This document shows positions 30,801 to 45,800 of a DNA stretch of 64,000 nucleotides, in pieces. A program made the position numbers and the translations under genes. Below the pieces are notes generated by a model. It did not search any database, was not told where the DNA came from, and saw only the letters and a list, made by a program, of their open reading frames with translations. Origin of the DNA: Eledone cirrhosa (Eukaryota); NCBI GenBank assembly GCA_964016885.1, contig OZ024745.1:6510001-6574000 (forward strand). Direction: 5' to 3'. How positions within the stretch are numbered: position 1 is the first letter of the stretch; each line of letters starts with the position of its first letter.

Positions 30801-33800
30801 GTCTGGAGGGTGAGACATAGTAGCGTGTCTGGGGAGTGAGACATAGTAGGGTGTCTGGAGAGTGAGACAGAGTAGGGTGTCTGGAGAGTGAGACATAGTA
30901 GGGTGTCTAGAGGGTGAGACATAGTAGGGTGTCTGGAGGGTGAGACATAGTAGGTTGTCTGGAGGTTGAGTTATAGTAGGGTGTCTGGAGGGTGAGTCAT
31001 AGTAGGGTGTCTGGAGGGTGAGACAGAGTAGGGTGTCTAGAGGGTGAGACATAGTAGGGTGTCTGGAGGGTGAGACATAGTAGGTTGTCTGGAGGTTGAG
31101 TTATAGTAGGGTGTCTGGAGGGTGAGTCATAGTAGGGTGTCTGGAGGGTGAGACATAGTAGGGTGTCTCGAGAGTGAGACATAGTAGGGTGTCTGGAGGG
31201 TGAGACATAGTAGCGTGTCTGGGGAGTGAGACATAGTAGGGTGTCTGGAGGGTGAGACAGAGTAGGGTGTCTCGAGAGTGAGACATAGTAGGGTGTCTGG
31301 AGGTTTGAGTTATAGTAGGGTGTCTGGAGGGTGAGACATAGTAGGGTGTCTGGAGGGTGAGACAGAGTAGGGTGTCTGGAGTTTGAGTTATAGTACGGTG
31401 TCTGGAGGGTGAGTTATAGTAGGGTGTCTGGAGGGTGAGACATAGTAGGGTGTCTGGAGGGTGAGACACAGTAGGGTGTCTAGAGGGTGAGACATAGTAG
31501 GGTGTCTCGAGAGTGAGACATAGTAGGGTGTCTGGAGGTTTGAGTTATAGTAGGGTGTCTGGAGGGTGAGACATAGTAGGGTGTCTGGAGGGTGAGACAG
31601 AGTAGGGTGTCTGGAGGGTGAGACAGAGTAGGGTGTCTGGAGGGTGAGACAGAGTAGGGTGTCTGGAGGGTATACATAGTAGGGTGTCTGGAGGGTGAGA
31701 CATAGTAGGTTGTCTGGAGGTTGAGTTATAGTAGGGTGTCTGGAGGGTGAGACATAGTAGGGTGTCTGGAGGGTGGGACAGAGTAGGGTGTCTGGAGGTT
31801 AAGTTATAGTAGGGTGTCTGGAGGGTGAGAATAGTAGGGGGTCTGGAGAGTGAGACATAGTAGGGTGTCTGGAGGGTGGGACATAGTAGGGTGTCTGGAG
31901 GTTGAGTTATAGTAGGGTGTCTGGAGGGTGAGACATAGTAGGGTGTCTGGAGGTTGAGTTATAGTAGGGTGTCTGGAGGGTGAGACATAGTAGGGTGTCT
32001 GGAGAGTGAGACATAGTAGGGTGTCTGGAGGGTGAGACATAGTAGGGTGTCTGGAGGGTGAGACATAGTAGGGTGTCTGGAGGGTGAGACATAGTAGGGT
32101 GTCTGGAGGGTGAGACAGAGTAGGGGGTCTGGAGGTTGAGTTATAGTAGGGTGTCTGGAGGGTGAGACAGAGTAGGGTGTCTGGAGGGTGAGACAGAGTA
32201 GGGTGTCTGGAGGGTGGGACAGAGTAGGGTGTCTGGAGGTTAAGTTATAGTAGGGTGTCTGGAGGGTGAGAATAGTAGGGGGTCTGGAGAGTGAGACATA
32301 GTAGGGTGTCTGGAGGGTGAGACATAGTAGGGTGTCTGGAGGTTGAGTTATAGTAGGGTGTCTGGAGGGTGAGACATAGTAGGGTGTCTGGAGGTTGAGT
32401 TATAGTAGGGTGTCTGGAGGGTGAGACATAGTAGGGTGTCTGGAGGGTGAGACAGAGTAGGGGGTCTGGAGGTTGAGTTATAGTAGGGTGTCTGGAGGGT
32501 GAGACAGAGTAGGGTGTCTGGAGAGTGAGACATAGTAGGGTGTCTGGACGGTGAGACAGAGTAGGATGTCTGGAGGGTGAGTCAGAGTAGGGTGTCTGGA
32601 GAGTGAGACATAGTAGGGTGTCTGGACGGTGAGACAGAGTAGGGTGTCTGGAGGGTGAGACAGAGTAGGGTGTCTGGAGGGTGAGACATAGTAGGGTGTC
32701 TGGAGGGTGAGACATTGTAGGGTGTCTGCACGGTGAGACAGAGTAGCGTGTCTGGAGAGTGAGACATATTAGGGTGTCTGGAGAGTGAGACATAGTAGGG
32801 TGTCTGGACAGTGAGATATAGTAGAGTGTCTGCAGAGTGAGACATAGTAGGGTGTCTGGGGGATGAGACGTAGTAGGGTATCTGGAGGGTGAGACGTAGT
32901 AGGGTGTCTGGAGAGTGAAACATAGTAGGGTGTCTGGATAGTGAGACATAGTAGGGTGTCTGGAGGGTGAGACGGAGTAGGGTGTATGGAGGGCGAGACG
33001 TAGTAGGGTGTCTGGAGGGTGAGACGTAGTAGGGTGTCTGGAGGGTGAGACGTAGTAGGGTGTCTGGAGAGTGAGACATAGTAGGGTGTCTAGAGGGTGA
33101 GACATAGTAGGGTGTCTCGAGAGTGAGACATAGTAGGGTGTCTGGAGGGTGAGACGTAGTAGGGTGTTTGGAGGGTGAGACGTAGTAGGGTGTCTGGATG
33201 GTGAGACGTAGTATGGTGTCTGGAGGGTGAGACAGAGTAGGGTGTCTGGAAGTTGAGTTATAGTAGGGTGTCTGGAGGGTGAGACATAGTAGTGTGTCTG
33301 GAGGGTGAGACACAGGGTGTCTGGAGGGTGAGACATATTAGGGTGTCTGGAGGGTGAGACATAGTAGGGTGTCTGGAGGGTGACACATAGTAGGGTGTCT
33401 GGAGGGTGAGACGTAGTAGGTTGTCTGGACTGTGAGACAGAGTAGGGTGTCTGGAGGGTGAGACATAGTAGGGTTTCTGGAGGGTGAGACATAGTAGGGT
33501 TTCTGGAGGGTGAGACATAGTATGGTGTCTGGGGGTGAGACACAGGGTGTCTGGGGGTGAGACATAGTAGCGTGTCTAGAGAGTGAGATATAGTAGGGTG
33601 TCTGGAGGGTGAGACATAGTAGGGTGTCTGGAGAGTGAGACATAGTAGGGTGTCTGGAGGGTGAGACAGAGTAGCGTGTCTGGAGAGTGAGACATAGTAG
33701 GGTGTCTGGAGAGTGAGACATAGTAGGGTTTCTGGAGGTTGAGTTATAGTAGGGTGTCTGGGGGGTGAGACATAGTAGGGTGTCTGGAGGGTGAGACAAA

Positions 33801-36800
33801 GTACGGTGTCTGGAGGTTGAGTTATAGTAGGGTGTCTGGAGGGTGAGACATAGTAGGGTGTCTGGAGGGTGAGACAGAGTAGCGTGTCTGGAGAGTGAGA
33901 CATAGTAGGGTCTCTGGAGAGTGAGACATAGTAGGGTTTCTGGAGGTTGAGTTATAGTAGGTTGTCTGGAGGGTGAGACATAGTAGGGTGTCTGGAGGGT
34001 GAGACAAAGTACGGTGTCTGGAGGTTTAGTTATAGTAGGGTGTCTGGAGGATGAGACATAGTAGGGTGTCTGGAGGGTGAGACAGAGTAGCGTGTCTGGA
34101 GAGTGAGACATAGTAGGGTGTCTGGAGGGTGAGACAGAGTAGGGGGTCTGGAGGTTGAGTTATAGTAGGGTGTCTGGAGGGTGAGACAGAGTAGGGTGTC
34201 TGGAGAGTGAGACATAGTAGGGTGTCTGGACGGTGAGACAGAGTAGGATGTCTGGAGGGTGAGACAGAGTAGGGTGTCTGGAGGGTGAGACAGAGTAGGG
34301 TGTCTGGAGGGTGAGACATAGTAGGGTGTCTGGAGGGTGAGACAGAGTAGCGTGTCTGGAGAGTGAGACATATTAGGGTGTCTGGAGAGTGAGACATAGT
34401 AGGGTGTCTGGACAGTGAGATATAGTAGAGTGTCTGGAGAGTGAGACATAGTAGGGTGTCTGGGGGATGAGACGTAGTAGGGTATCTGGAGGGTGAGACG
34501 TAGTAGGGTGTCTGGAGAGTGAAACATAGTAGGGTGTCTGGAGAGTGAGACATAGTAGGGTGTCTGGAGGGTGAGACGTAGTAGGGTGTATGGAGGGTGA
34601 GACGTAGTAGGGTGTCTGGAGGGTGAGACGTAGTAGGGTGTCTGGAGGGTGAGACGTAGTAGGGTGTCTGGAGAGTGAGACATAGTAGGGTGTCTAGAGG
34701 CTGAGACATAGTAGGGTGTCTCGAGAGTGAGACATAGTAGGGTGTCTGGAGGGTGAGACGTAGTAGGGTGTTTGGAGGGTGAGACGTAGTAGGGTGTCTG
34801 GATGGTGAGACGTAGTATGTTGTCTGGAGGGTGAGACAGAGTAGGGTGTCTGGAAGTTGAGTTATAGTAGGGTGTCTGGAGGGTGAGACATAGTAGTGTG
34901 TCTGGAGGGTGAGACACAGGGTGTCTGGAGGGTGAGACGTAGTAGGTTGTCTGGACTGTGAGACAGAGTAGGGTGTCTGGAGGGTGAGACATAGTAGGGT
35001 TTCTGGAGGGTGAGACATAGTAGGGTTTCTGGAGGGTGAGACATAGTATGGTGTCTGGGGGTGAGACACAGGGTGTCTGGGGGTGAGACATAGTAGCGTG
35101 TCTAGAGAGTGAGATATAGTAGGGTGTCTGGAGGGTGAGACATAGTAGGGTGTCTGGAGAGTGAGACATAGTAGGGTGTCTGGAGGGTGAGACAGAGTAG
35201 CGTGTCTGGAGAGTGAGACATAGTAGGGTGTCTGGAGAGTGAGACATAGTAGGGTTTCTGGAGGTTGAGTTATAGTAGGGTGTCTGGGGGGTGAGACATA
35301 GTAGGGTGTCTGGAGGGTGAGACAAAGTACGGTGTCTGGAGGTTGAGTTATAGTAGGGTGTCTGGAGGGTGAGACAGAGTAGCGTGTCTGGAGAGTGAGA
35401 CATAGTAGGGTCTCTGGAGAGTGAGACATAGTAGGGTTTCTGGTGGTTGAGTTATAGTAGGTTGTCTGGAGGGTGAGACATAGTAGGGTGTCTGGAGGGT
35501 GAGACAAAGTACGGTGTCTGGAGGTTTAGTTATAGTAGGGTGTCTGGAGGATGAGGCATAGTAGGGTGTCTGGAGGGTGAGACAGAGTAGCGTGTCTGGA
35601 GAGTGAGACATAGTAGGGTGTCTGGAGGGTGAGACATAGTAGGGTTTCTGGAGGTTGAGTTATAGTAGGGTGTCTGGAGGGTGAGAAATAGTAGGGTGTC
35701 TGGAGGGTGAGACAAAGTACGGTGTCTGGAGGTTGAGTTATAGTAGGGTGTCTGGAGGGTGAGACATAGTAGGGTGTCTGGAGAGTCAGACATAGTAGGG
35801 TGTCTGGGGGGTGAGACGTAGTAGGGTGTCTGGAGGGTGAGACATAGTAGGGTGTCTGGAGGGTGAGACACAGGGTGTCTGGACGGTGAGACAGAGTAGG
35901 GTGTCTGGAGCGTGAGACATAGTAGGGTGACTGGACGGTGAGACATAGTAGGGTGTCTGGAGGGTGAGACATAGTAGGTTGTCTGCAGGTTGAGTTATAG
36001 TAGGGTGTCTGGAGGGTGAGACATAGTAGGGTGTCTGGAGCGTGAGACAAAGTACGGTGTCTGGAGGTTGAGTTATAGTAGGGTGTCTGGAGGGTGAGTC
36101 ATAGTAGGGTATCTGGAGGGTGAGACAGTGTAGGGTGTCTGGAGAGTGAGACATAGTAGGGTGTCTGGGGGGTGAGACGTAGTAGGGTGTCTGGAGGTTG
36201 AGTTATACTAGGGTGTCTGGAGGGTGAGACATAGTAGGGTGTCTGGAGGGTGAGACAGAGTAGGGGGTCTGGAGGTTGAGTTATAGTAGGGTGTCTGGAG
36301 GGTGAGACAGAGTAGGGTGTCTGGAGAGTGAGACATAGTAGGGTGTCTGGACGGTGAGACAGAGTAGGATGTCTGGAGGGTGAGTCAGAGTAGGGTGTCT
36401 GGAGGGTGAGACAGAGTAGGGTGTCTGGAGGGTGAGACATAGTAGGGTGTCTGGAGGGTGAGACATACTAGGGTGTCTGGAGGGTGAGACGTAGTAGGGT
36501 GTCTGGAGGGTGAGACGTAGTAGGTTGTCTGGACTGTGAGACATAGTAGGGTGTCTGGAGGTTGAGTTATAGTAGGGTGTCTGGAGGGTGAGACATAGTA
36601 GGGTGTCTGGAGGGTGAGACAGAGTAGGGGGTCTGGAGGTTGAGTTATAGTAGGGTGTCTGGAGGGTGAGACAGAGTAGGGTGTCTGGAGAGTGAGACAT
36701 AGTAGGGTGTCTGGACGGTGAGACAGAGTAGGATGTCTGGAGGGTGAGTCAGAGTAGGGTGTCTGGAGGGTGAGACAGAGTAGGGTGTCTGGAGGGTGAG

Positions 36801-39800
36801 ACATAGTAGGGTGTCTGGAGGGTGAGACAGAGTAGCGTGTCTGGAGAGTGAGACATATTAGGGTGTCTGGAGAGTGAGACATAGTAGGGTGTCTGGACAG
36901 TGAGATATAGTAGAGTGTCTGGAGAGTGAGACATAGTAGGGTGTCTGGGGGATGAGACGTAGTAGGGTATCTGGAGGGTGAGACGTAGTAGGGTGTCTGG
37001 AGAGTGAAACATAGTAGGGTGTCTGGATAGTGAGACATAGTAGGGTGTCTGGAGGGTGAGACGTAGTAGGGTGTATGGAGGGTGAGACGTAGTAGGGTGT
37101 CTGGAGGGTGAGACGTAGTAGGGTGTCTGGAGGGTGAGACGTAGTAGGGTGTCTGGAGAGTGAGACATAGTAGGGTGTCTAGAGGGTGAGACATAGTAGG
37201 GTGTCTCGAGAGTGAGACATAGTAGGGTGTCTGGAGGGTGAGACGTAGTAGGGTGTTTGGAGGGTGAGACGTAGTAGGGTGTCTGGATGGTGAGACGTAG
37301 TATGGTGTCTGGAGGGTGAGACAGAGTAGGGTGTCTGGAAGTTGAGTTATAGTAGGGTGTCTGGAGGGTGAGACATAGTAGTGTGTCTGGAGGGTGAGAC
37401 ACAGGGTGTCTGGAGGGTGAGACATATTAGGGTGTCTGGGGGGTGAGACATAGTAGGGTGTCTGGAGGGTGACACATAGTAGGGTGTCTGGAGGGTGAGA
37501 CGTAGTAGGTTGTCTGGACTGTGAGACAGAGTAGGGTGTCTGGAGGGTGAGACATAGTAGGGTTTCTGGAGGGTGAGACATAGTAGGGTTTCTGGAGGGT
37601 GAGACATAGTATGGTGTCTGGGGGTGAGACACAGGGTGTCTGGGGGTGAGACATAGTAGCGTGTCTAGAGAGTGAGATATAGTAGGGTGTCTGGAGGGTG
37701 AGACATAGTAGGGTGTCTGGAGAGTGAGACATAGTAGGGTGTCTGGAGGGTGAGACAGAGTAGCGTGTCTGGAGAGTGAGACATAGTAGGGTGTCTGGAG
37801 GGTGAGACGTAGTAGGGTGTATGGAGGGTGAGACGTAGTAGGGTGTCTGGAGGGTGAGACGTAGTAGGGTGTCTGGAGGGTGAGACGTAGTAGGGTGCCT
37901 GGAGAGTGAGACATAGTAGGGTGTCTAGAGGCTGAGACATAGTAGGGTGTCTCGAGAGTGAGACATAGTAGGGTGTCTGGAGGGTGAGACGTAGTAGGGT
38001 GTTTGGAGGGTGAGACGTAGTAGGGTGTCTGGATGGTGAGACGTAGTATGTTGTCTGGAGGGTGAGACAGAGTAGGGTGTCTGGAAGTTGAGTTATAGTA
38101 GGGTGTCTGGAGGGTGAGACATAGTAGTGTGTCTGGAGGGAGAGACACAGGGTGTCTGGAGGGTGAGACGTAGTAGGTTGTCTGGACTGTGAGACAGAGT
38201 AGGGTGTCTGGAGGGTGAGACATAGTAGGGTTTCTGGAGGGTGAGACATAGTAGGGTTTCTGGAGGGTGAGACATAGTATGGTGTCTGGGAGTGAGACAC
38301 AGGGTGTCTGGGGGTGAGACATAGTAGCGTGTCTAGAGAGTGAGATATAGTAGGGTGTCTGGAGGGTGAGACATAGTAGGGTGTCTGGAGAGTGAGACAT
38401 AGTAGGGTGTCTGGAGGGTGAGACAGAGTAGCGTGTCTGGAGAGTGAGACATAGTAGGGTGTCTGGAGAGTGAGACATAGTAGGGTTTCTGGAGGTTGAG
38501 TTATAGTAGGGTGTCTGGGGGGTGAGACATAGTAGGGTGTCTGGAAGGTGAGACAAAGTACGGTGTCTGGAGGTTGAGTTATAGTAGGGTGTCTGGAGGG
38601 TGAGACATAGTAGGGTGTCTGGAGGGTGAGACAGAGTAGCGTGTCTGGAGAGTGAGACATAGTAGGGTCTCTGGAGAGTGAGACATAGTAGGGTTTCTGG
38701 AGGTTGAGTTATAGTAGGTTGTCCGGAGGGTGAGACATAGTAGGGTGTCTGGAGGGTGAGACAAAGTACGGTGTCTGGAGGTTTAGTTATAGTAGGGTGT
38801 CTGGAGGATGAGACATAGTAGGGTGTCTGGAGGGTGAGACAGAGTAGCGTGTCTGGAGAGTGAGACATAGTAGGGTGTCTGGAGGGTGAGACATAGTAGG
38901 GTTTCTGGAGGTTGAGTTATAGTAGGGTGTCTGGAGGGTGAGAAATAGTAGGGTGTCTGGAGGGTGAGACAAAGTACGGTGTCTGGAGGTTGAGTTATAG
39001 TAGGGTGTCTGGAGGGTGAGACATAGTAGGGTGTCTGGAGAGTGAGACATAGTAGGGTGTCTGGGAGTGAGACGTAGTAGGGTGTCTGGAGGGTGAGACA
39101 TAGTAGGGTGTCTGGAGGGTGAGACACAGGGTGTCTGGACGGTGAGACAGAGTAGGGTGTCTGGAGCGTGAGACATAGTAGGGTGACTGGACGGTGAGAC
39201 ATAGTAGGGTGTCTGGAGGGTGAGACATAGTAGGTTGTCTGCAGGTTGAGTTATAGTAGGGTGTCTGGAGGGTGAGACAAAGTACGGTGTCTGGAGGTTG
39301 AGTTATAGTAGGGTGTCTGGAGGGTGAGACATAGTAGGATGTCTGGAGAGTGAGACAGAGTAGCGTGTCTGGAGAATGAGACATAGTAGGGTGTCTGGAG
39401 AGTGAGACATAGTAGGGTTTCTGGAGGTTGAGTTATAGTAGGGTGTCTGGAGGGTGAGACAAAGTACGGTGTCTGGAGGTTGAGTTATAGTAGGGTGTCT
39501 GGAGGGTGAGACATAGTAGGGTATCTGGAGGGTGAGACAGAGTAGGGTGTCTGGAGAGTGAGACATAGTAGGGTGTCTGGGGGGTGAGACGTAGTAGGGT
39601 GTCTGGAGAGTGAGACATAGGAGTGTATCTGGAGGGTGAGACACAGGGTGTCTGGAGAGTGAGACAGAGTAGGGTGTCTGGAGTGTGAGACATAGTAGGG
39701 TGTCTGGAGGGTGAGACACAGGGTGTCTGGACGGTGAGACAGAGTAGGGTGTCTGGAGCGTGAGACATAGTAGGGTGACTGGACGGTGAGACATAGTAGG

Positions 39801-42800
39801 GTGTCTGGAGGGTGAGACACAGGGTGTCTGGACGGTGAGACAGAGTAGGGTGTCTGGAGCGTGAGACATAGTAGGGTGACTGGACGGTGAGACATAGTAG
39901 GGTGTCTGGAGAGTGAGACAGAGTAGGGTGTCTGGAGTGTGAGACATAGTAGGGTGTCTGGAGGGTGAGACACAGGGTGTCTGGACGGTGAGACAGAGTA
40001 GGGTGTCTGGAGCGTGAGACATAGTAGGGTGACTGGACGGTGAGACATAGTAGGGTGTCTGGAGGGTGAGACACAGGGTGTCTGGACGGTGAGACAGAGT
40101 AGGGTGTCTGGAGCGTGAGACATAGTAGGGTGACTGGACGGTGAGACATAGTAGGGTGTCTGGAGAGTGAGACAGAGTAGGGTGTCTGGAGTGTGAGACA
40201 TAGTAGGGTGTCTGGAGGGTGAGACACAGGGTATCTGGACGGTGAGACAGAGTAGGGTGTCTGGAGGGTGAGACTGAGTAGGGTGTCTGGAGGGTGAGAC
40301 AGAGTAGGGTGTCTGGAGGGTGGGACAGAGTAGGGTGTCTGGAGGGTGAGACATAGTAGGGTGTCTGGAGGGTGAGACAGAGTAGGGTGTCTGGAGGGTG
40401 GGACAGAGTAGGTTGTCGGGAGGGTGAGACAGAGTAGGGTGTCTGGAGGGTGAGACATAGTAGGGTGTCTGGAGGGTGAGACAGAGTAGCGTGTCTGGAG
40501 AGTGAGACATATTAGGGTGTCTTGAGAGTGAGACATAGTAGGGTGTCTGGAGAGTGAGATATAGTAGAGTGTCTGGAGAGTGAGACATAGTAGGGTGTCT
40601 GGGGGGTGAGACGTAGTAGGGTATCTGGAGGGTGAGACGTAGTAGGGTGTCTGGAGAGTGAAACATAGTAGGGTGTCTGGAGAGTGAGACATAGTAGGGT
40701 GTCTGGAGGGTGAGACGTAGTAGGGTGTATGGAGGGTGAGACGTAGTAGGGTGGCTGGCGGGTGAGACGTAGTAGGGAGTCTGGAGAGTGAGACATATTA
40801 GGGTGTCTAGAGGGTGAGACATAGTAGGGTGTCTCGAGAGTGCGACATAGTAGGGTGTCTGGAGGGTGAGACGTAGTAGGATGTTTGGAGGGTGAGACGT
40901 AGTAGGGTGTCTGGAGGGTGAGACGTAGTAGGGTGTCTGGAGGGTGAGACAGAGTAAGATGTCTGGAGGGTGAGACATAGTAGGGTGTCTGGAGGGTGAG
41001 ACATAGTAGGGTGTCTAGAGGGTGAGACATAGTAGGGTGTCTGGAGGGTGAGACGTAGTAGGGTGTCTGGAGGGTGAGACGTAGTAGGGTGTCTGGAGGG
41101 TAAGACAGAGTAGGGTGTCTGGAGGGTGAGACATAGTAGGGTTTATGGAGGGTGAAACATAGTATGGTGTCTGGAGGGTGAGACATAGTAGCGTGTCTGG
41201 AGAGTGAGACATAGTAGGGTATCTGGAGGGTGAGACACAGGGTATCTGGACGGTGAGACAGAGTAGGGTGTCTGGAGGGTGAGACATAGTAGGGCGTCTG
41301 GAGGGTGAGACACAGGGTGTCTGGACGGTGAGACAGAGTAGGGTGTCTGGAGGGTGAGACATAGTAGGGTATCTGGAGGGTGAGCCATAGTAGGTTGTCT
41401 GGAGGTTGAGTTATAGTAGGGTATCTGGAGGGTGAGACAGAGTAGGGTATCTGGAGGGTGAGACAGAGTAGGGTGTCTGGAGAGTGAGACATAGTAGGGT
41501 GTCTGGAGGGTGAGACATAGTAGGGTGTCTGGAGGGTGAGTCATAGTAGGTTGTCTGGAGGTTGAGTTATAGTAGGGTGTCTGGAGGGTGAGACGTAGTA
41601 GGGTGTCTGGAGGGTGAGACAGAGTAGGGTGGTGTCTGGAGGGTGGGACAGAGTAGGGTGTCTGGAGGTTGAGTTATAGTAGGGTGTCTGGAGGGTGAGA
41701 CATAGTAGGGTGTCTGGAGAGTGAGACATAGTAGGGTGTCTGGAGGGTGAGACATAGTAGGGTGTCTGGAGGTTGAGTTATAGTAGGGTGTATGGAGGGT
41801 GAGACATAGTAGGGTGTCTGGAGGGTGAGACATAGTAGGGTGTCTGGAGGGTGAGACATAGTAGGGTGTCTGGAGGTTGAGTTATAGTAGGGTGTCTGGA
41901 GGGTGAGACATAGTAGGGTGTCTGTAGGGTGAGACAGAGTAGGGTGTCTGGAGGTTGAGTTATAGTAGGGTGTCTGGAGGGTGAGACAGAGTAGGGTATC
42001 TGGAGGGTGAGACAGAGTAGGGTGTCTGGAGAGTGAGACATAGTAGGGTGTCTGGAGGGTGAGACATAGTAGGGTGTCTGGAGGGTGAGACATAGTAGGT
42101 TGTCTGGAGGTTGAGTTATATTAGGGTGTCTGGAGGGTGAGACATAGTAGGGTGTCTGGAGGGTGAGACAGAGTAGGGTGTCTGGAGAGTGAGACATAGT
42201 AGGGTGTCTGTAGGGTGAGACATAGTAGGGTGTCTGGAGGGTGAGACATAGTAGGTTGTCTGGAGGTTGAGTTATAGTAGGGTGTCTGGAGGGTGAGACA
42301 TAGTAGGGTGTCTGGAGGGTGAGACAGAGTACGGTGGTGTCTGGAGGGTGGGACAGAGTAGGGTGTCTGGAGGTTGAGTTATAGTAGGGTGTCTGGAGGG
42401 TGAGACATAGTAGGGTGTCTGGAGAGTGAGACATAGTAGGGTGTCTGGAGGGTGAGACATAGTAGGGTGTCTGGAGATTGAGTTATAGTAGGGTGTCTGG
42501 AGGGTGAGACATAGTAGGGTGTCTGGAGGTTTGAGTTATAGTAGGGTGTCTGGAGGGTGAGACATAATAGGGTGTCTGGAGGGTGAGACAGAGTAGGGTG
42601 TCTGGAGGGTGAGACATAGTAGGGTGTCTGGAGGGTGAGACATAGTAGGGTGTCTGGAGGGTGAGACATAGTTGGTTGTCTGGAGGTTGAGTTATAGTAG
42701 GGTGTCTGGAGGGTGAGACATAGTAGGGTGTCTGGAGGTTGAGTTATAGTAGGGTGTCTGGAGGGTGAGACATAGTAGGGTGTCTGGAGAGTGAGACATA

Positions 42801-45800
42801 GTAGGGTGTCTGGAGGGTGAGACATAGTAGGGTGTCTGGAGGTTGAGGTATAGTAGGGTGTCTGGAGGGTGAGACATAGTAGGGTGTCTGGAGTTTGAGT
42901 TATAGTAGGGTGTCTGGAGGGTGAGACAGAGTAGGGTGTCTGGAGGTTGAGTTATAGTAGGGTGTCTGGAGGGTGAGACAGAGTAGGGTGTCTGGAGCGT
43001 GAGACAGAGTAGGGTGACTGGAGATTGAGACATAGTAGGGTGTCTGGAGAGTGAGACATAGTAAGGTGTCTGGGGGGTGAGACGTAGTAGGGTGTCTGGA
43101 GGGTGAGACATAGTAGAGTGTCTGGAGGGTGAGACACAGGGTGTCTGGACGGTGAGACTGAGTAGGGTGTCTGGAGGGTGAGACAGAGTAGGGTGTCTGG
43201 AGGGTGGGACAGAGTAGGGTGTCTGGAGGGTGAGACAGAGTAGGGTGTCTGGAGGGTGAGACATAGTAGGGTGTCTGGAGGGTGAGACAGAGTAGCGTGT
43301 CTGGAGAGTGAGACATATTAGGGTGTCTTGAGAGTGAGACATAGTAGGGTGTCTGGAGAGTGAGATATAGTAGAGTGTCTGGAGAGTGAGACATAGTAGG
43401 GTGTCTGGGGGGTGAGACGTAGTAGGGTATCTGGAGGGTGAGACGTAGTAGGGTGTCTGGAGAGTGAAACATAGTAGGGTGTCTGGAGAGTGAGACATAG
43501 TAGGGTGTCTGGAGGGTGAGACGTAGTAGGGTGTATGGAGGGTAGACGTAGTAGGGTGTCTGGAGGGTGAGACGTAGTAGGGTGGCTGGCGGGTGAGACG
43601 TAGTAGGGAGTCTGGAGAGTGAGACATATTAGGGTGTCTAGAGGGTGAGACATAGTAGGGTGTCTCGAGAGTGCGACATAGTAGGGTGTCTGGAGGGTGA
43701 GACGTAGTAGGATGTTTGGATGGTGAGACGTAGTAGGGTGTCTGGAGGGTGAGAAGTAGTAGGGTGTCTGGAGGGTGAGACAGAGTAAGATGTCTGGAGG
43801 GTGAGACATAGTAGGGTGTCTGGAGGGTGAGACATAGTAGGGTGTCTAGAGGGTGAGACATAGTAGGGTGTCTGGAGGGTGAGACGTAGTAGGGTGTCTG
43901 GAGGGTGAGACGTAGTAGGGTGTCTGGAGGGTAAGACAGAGTAGGGTGTCTGGAGGGTGAGACATAGTAGGGTTTCTGGAGGGTGAGACATAGTATGGTG
44001 TCTGGAGGGTGAGACATAGTAGCGTGTCTGGAGAGTGAGACATAGTAGGGTGTCTTGAGGGTGAGACAGAGTAGCGTGTCTGGAGAGTGAGACATAGTAG
44101 GGTGTCTGGAGGTTGAGTTATAGTAGGGTGTCCGGAGGATGAGACATAGTAGGGTGTCTGGAGGGTGAGACAGAGTAGGGTGTCTGGAGGGTGAGACGTA
44201 GTAGGGTGTATGGAGGGTGAGACGTAGTAGGGTGTCTGGAGGGTGAGACGTAGTAGGGTGTCTGGAGGGTGAGACGTAGTAGGGTGTCTGGAGAGGGAGA
44301 CATAGTAGGGTGTCTCGAGAGTGAGACATAGTAGGGTGTCTGGAGGGTGAGACATAGTAGCGTGTCTGGGGAGTGAGACATAGTAGGGTGTCTGGAGGGT
44401 GAGACAGAGTAGCGTGTCTGGAGAGTGAGACAGAGTAGGGTGTCTGGAGTGTGAGACATAGTAGGGTGTCTAGAGGGTGAGACATAGTAGGGTGTCTGGA
44501 GGGTGAGACATAGTAGGTTGTCTGGAGGTTGAGTTATAGTAGGGTGTCTGGAGGGTGAGACATAGTAGGGTGTCTGGAGGGTGAGACAAAGTACGGTGTC
44601 TGGAGGTTAGTTATAGTAGGGTGTCTGGAGGATGAGACATAGTAGGGTGTCTGGAGGGTGAGACAGAGTAGCGTGTCTGGAGAGTGAGACATAGTAGGGT
44701 GTCTGGAGGTTGAGTTATAGTAGGGTGTCTGGAGGGTGAGACATAGTAGGGTGTCTGGAGGGTGAGACATAGTAGGGTGTCTAGAGGGTGAGACATAGTA
44801 GGGTGTCTCGAGAGTGAGACATAGTAGGGTGTCTGGAGGTTTGAGTTATAGTAGGGTGTCTGGAGGGTGAGACATAGTAGGGTGTCTGGAGGGTGAGACA
44901 GAGTAGGGTGTCTGGAGTTTGAGTTATAGTAGGGTGTCTGGAGGGTGAGTTATAGTAGGGTGTCTGGAGGGTGAGACATAGTAGGGTGTCTGGAGGGTGA
45001 GACACAGTAGGGTGTCTAGAGGGTGAGACATAGTAGGGTGTCTCGAGAGTGAGACATAGTAGGGTGTCTGGAGGTTTGAGTTATAGTAGGGTGTCTGGAG
45101 GGTGAGACATAGTAGGGTGTCTGGAGGGTGAGACAGAGTAGGGTGTCTGGAGTTTGAGTTATAGTAGGGTGTCTGGAGGGTGAGACAGAGTAGGGTATCT
45201 GGAGGGTGAGACAGAGTAGGGTGTCTGGAGGGTGAGACAGAGTAGGGTGTCTGGAGGGTATACATAGTAGGGTGTCTGGAGGGTGAGACATAGTAGGTTG
45301 TCTGGAGGTTGAGTTATAGTAGGGTGTCTGGAGGGTGAGACATTGTAGGGTGTCTGGAGGGTGAGACAGAGTAGGGTGTCTGGAGGGTGGGACAGAGTAG
45401 GGTGTCTGGAGGTTAAGTTATAGTAGGGTGTCTGGAGGGTGAGAATAGTAGGGTGTCTGGAGAGTGAGACATAGTAGGGTGTCTGGAGGGTGAGACATAG
45501 TAGGGTGTCTGGAGGTTGAGTTATAGTAGGGTGTCTGGAGGGTGAGACATAGTAGGGTGTCTGGAGGTTGAGTTATAGTAGGGTGTCTGGAGGGTGAGAC
45601 AGAGTAGGGGGTCTGGAGGTTGAGTTATAGTAGGGTGTCTGGAGGGTGAGACAGAGTAGGGTGTCTGGAGGGTGATACAGAGTAGGGTGTCTGGACGGTG
45701 AGACAGAGTAGGATGTCTGGAGGGTGAGTCAGAGTAGGGTGTCTGGAGGGTGAGACAGAGTAGGGTGACTGGAGGGTGAGACATAGTAGGGTGTCTGGAG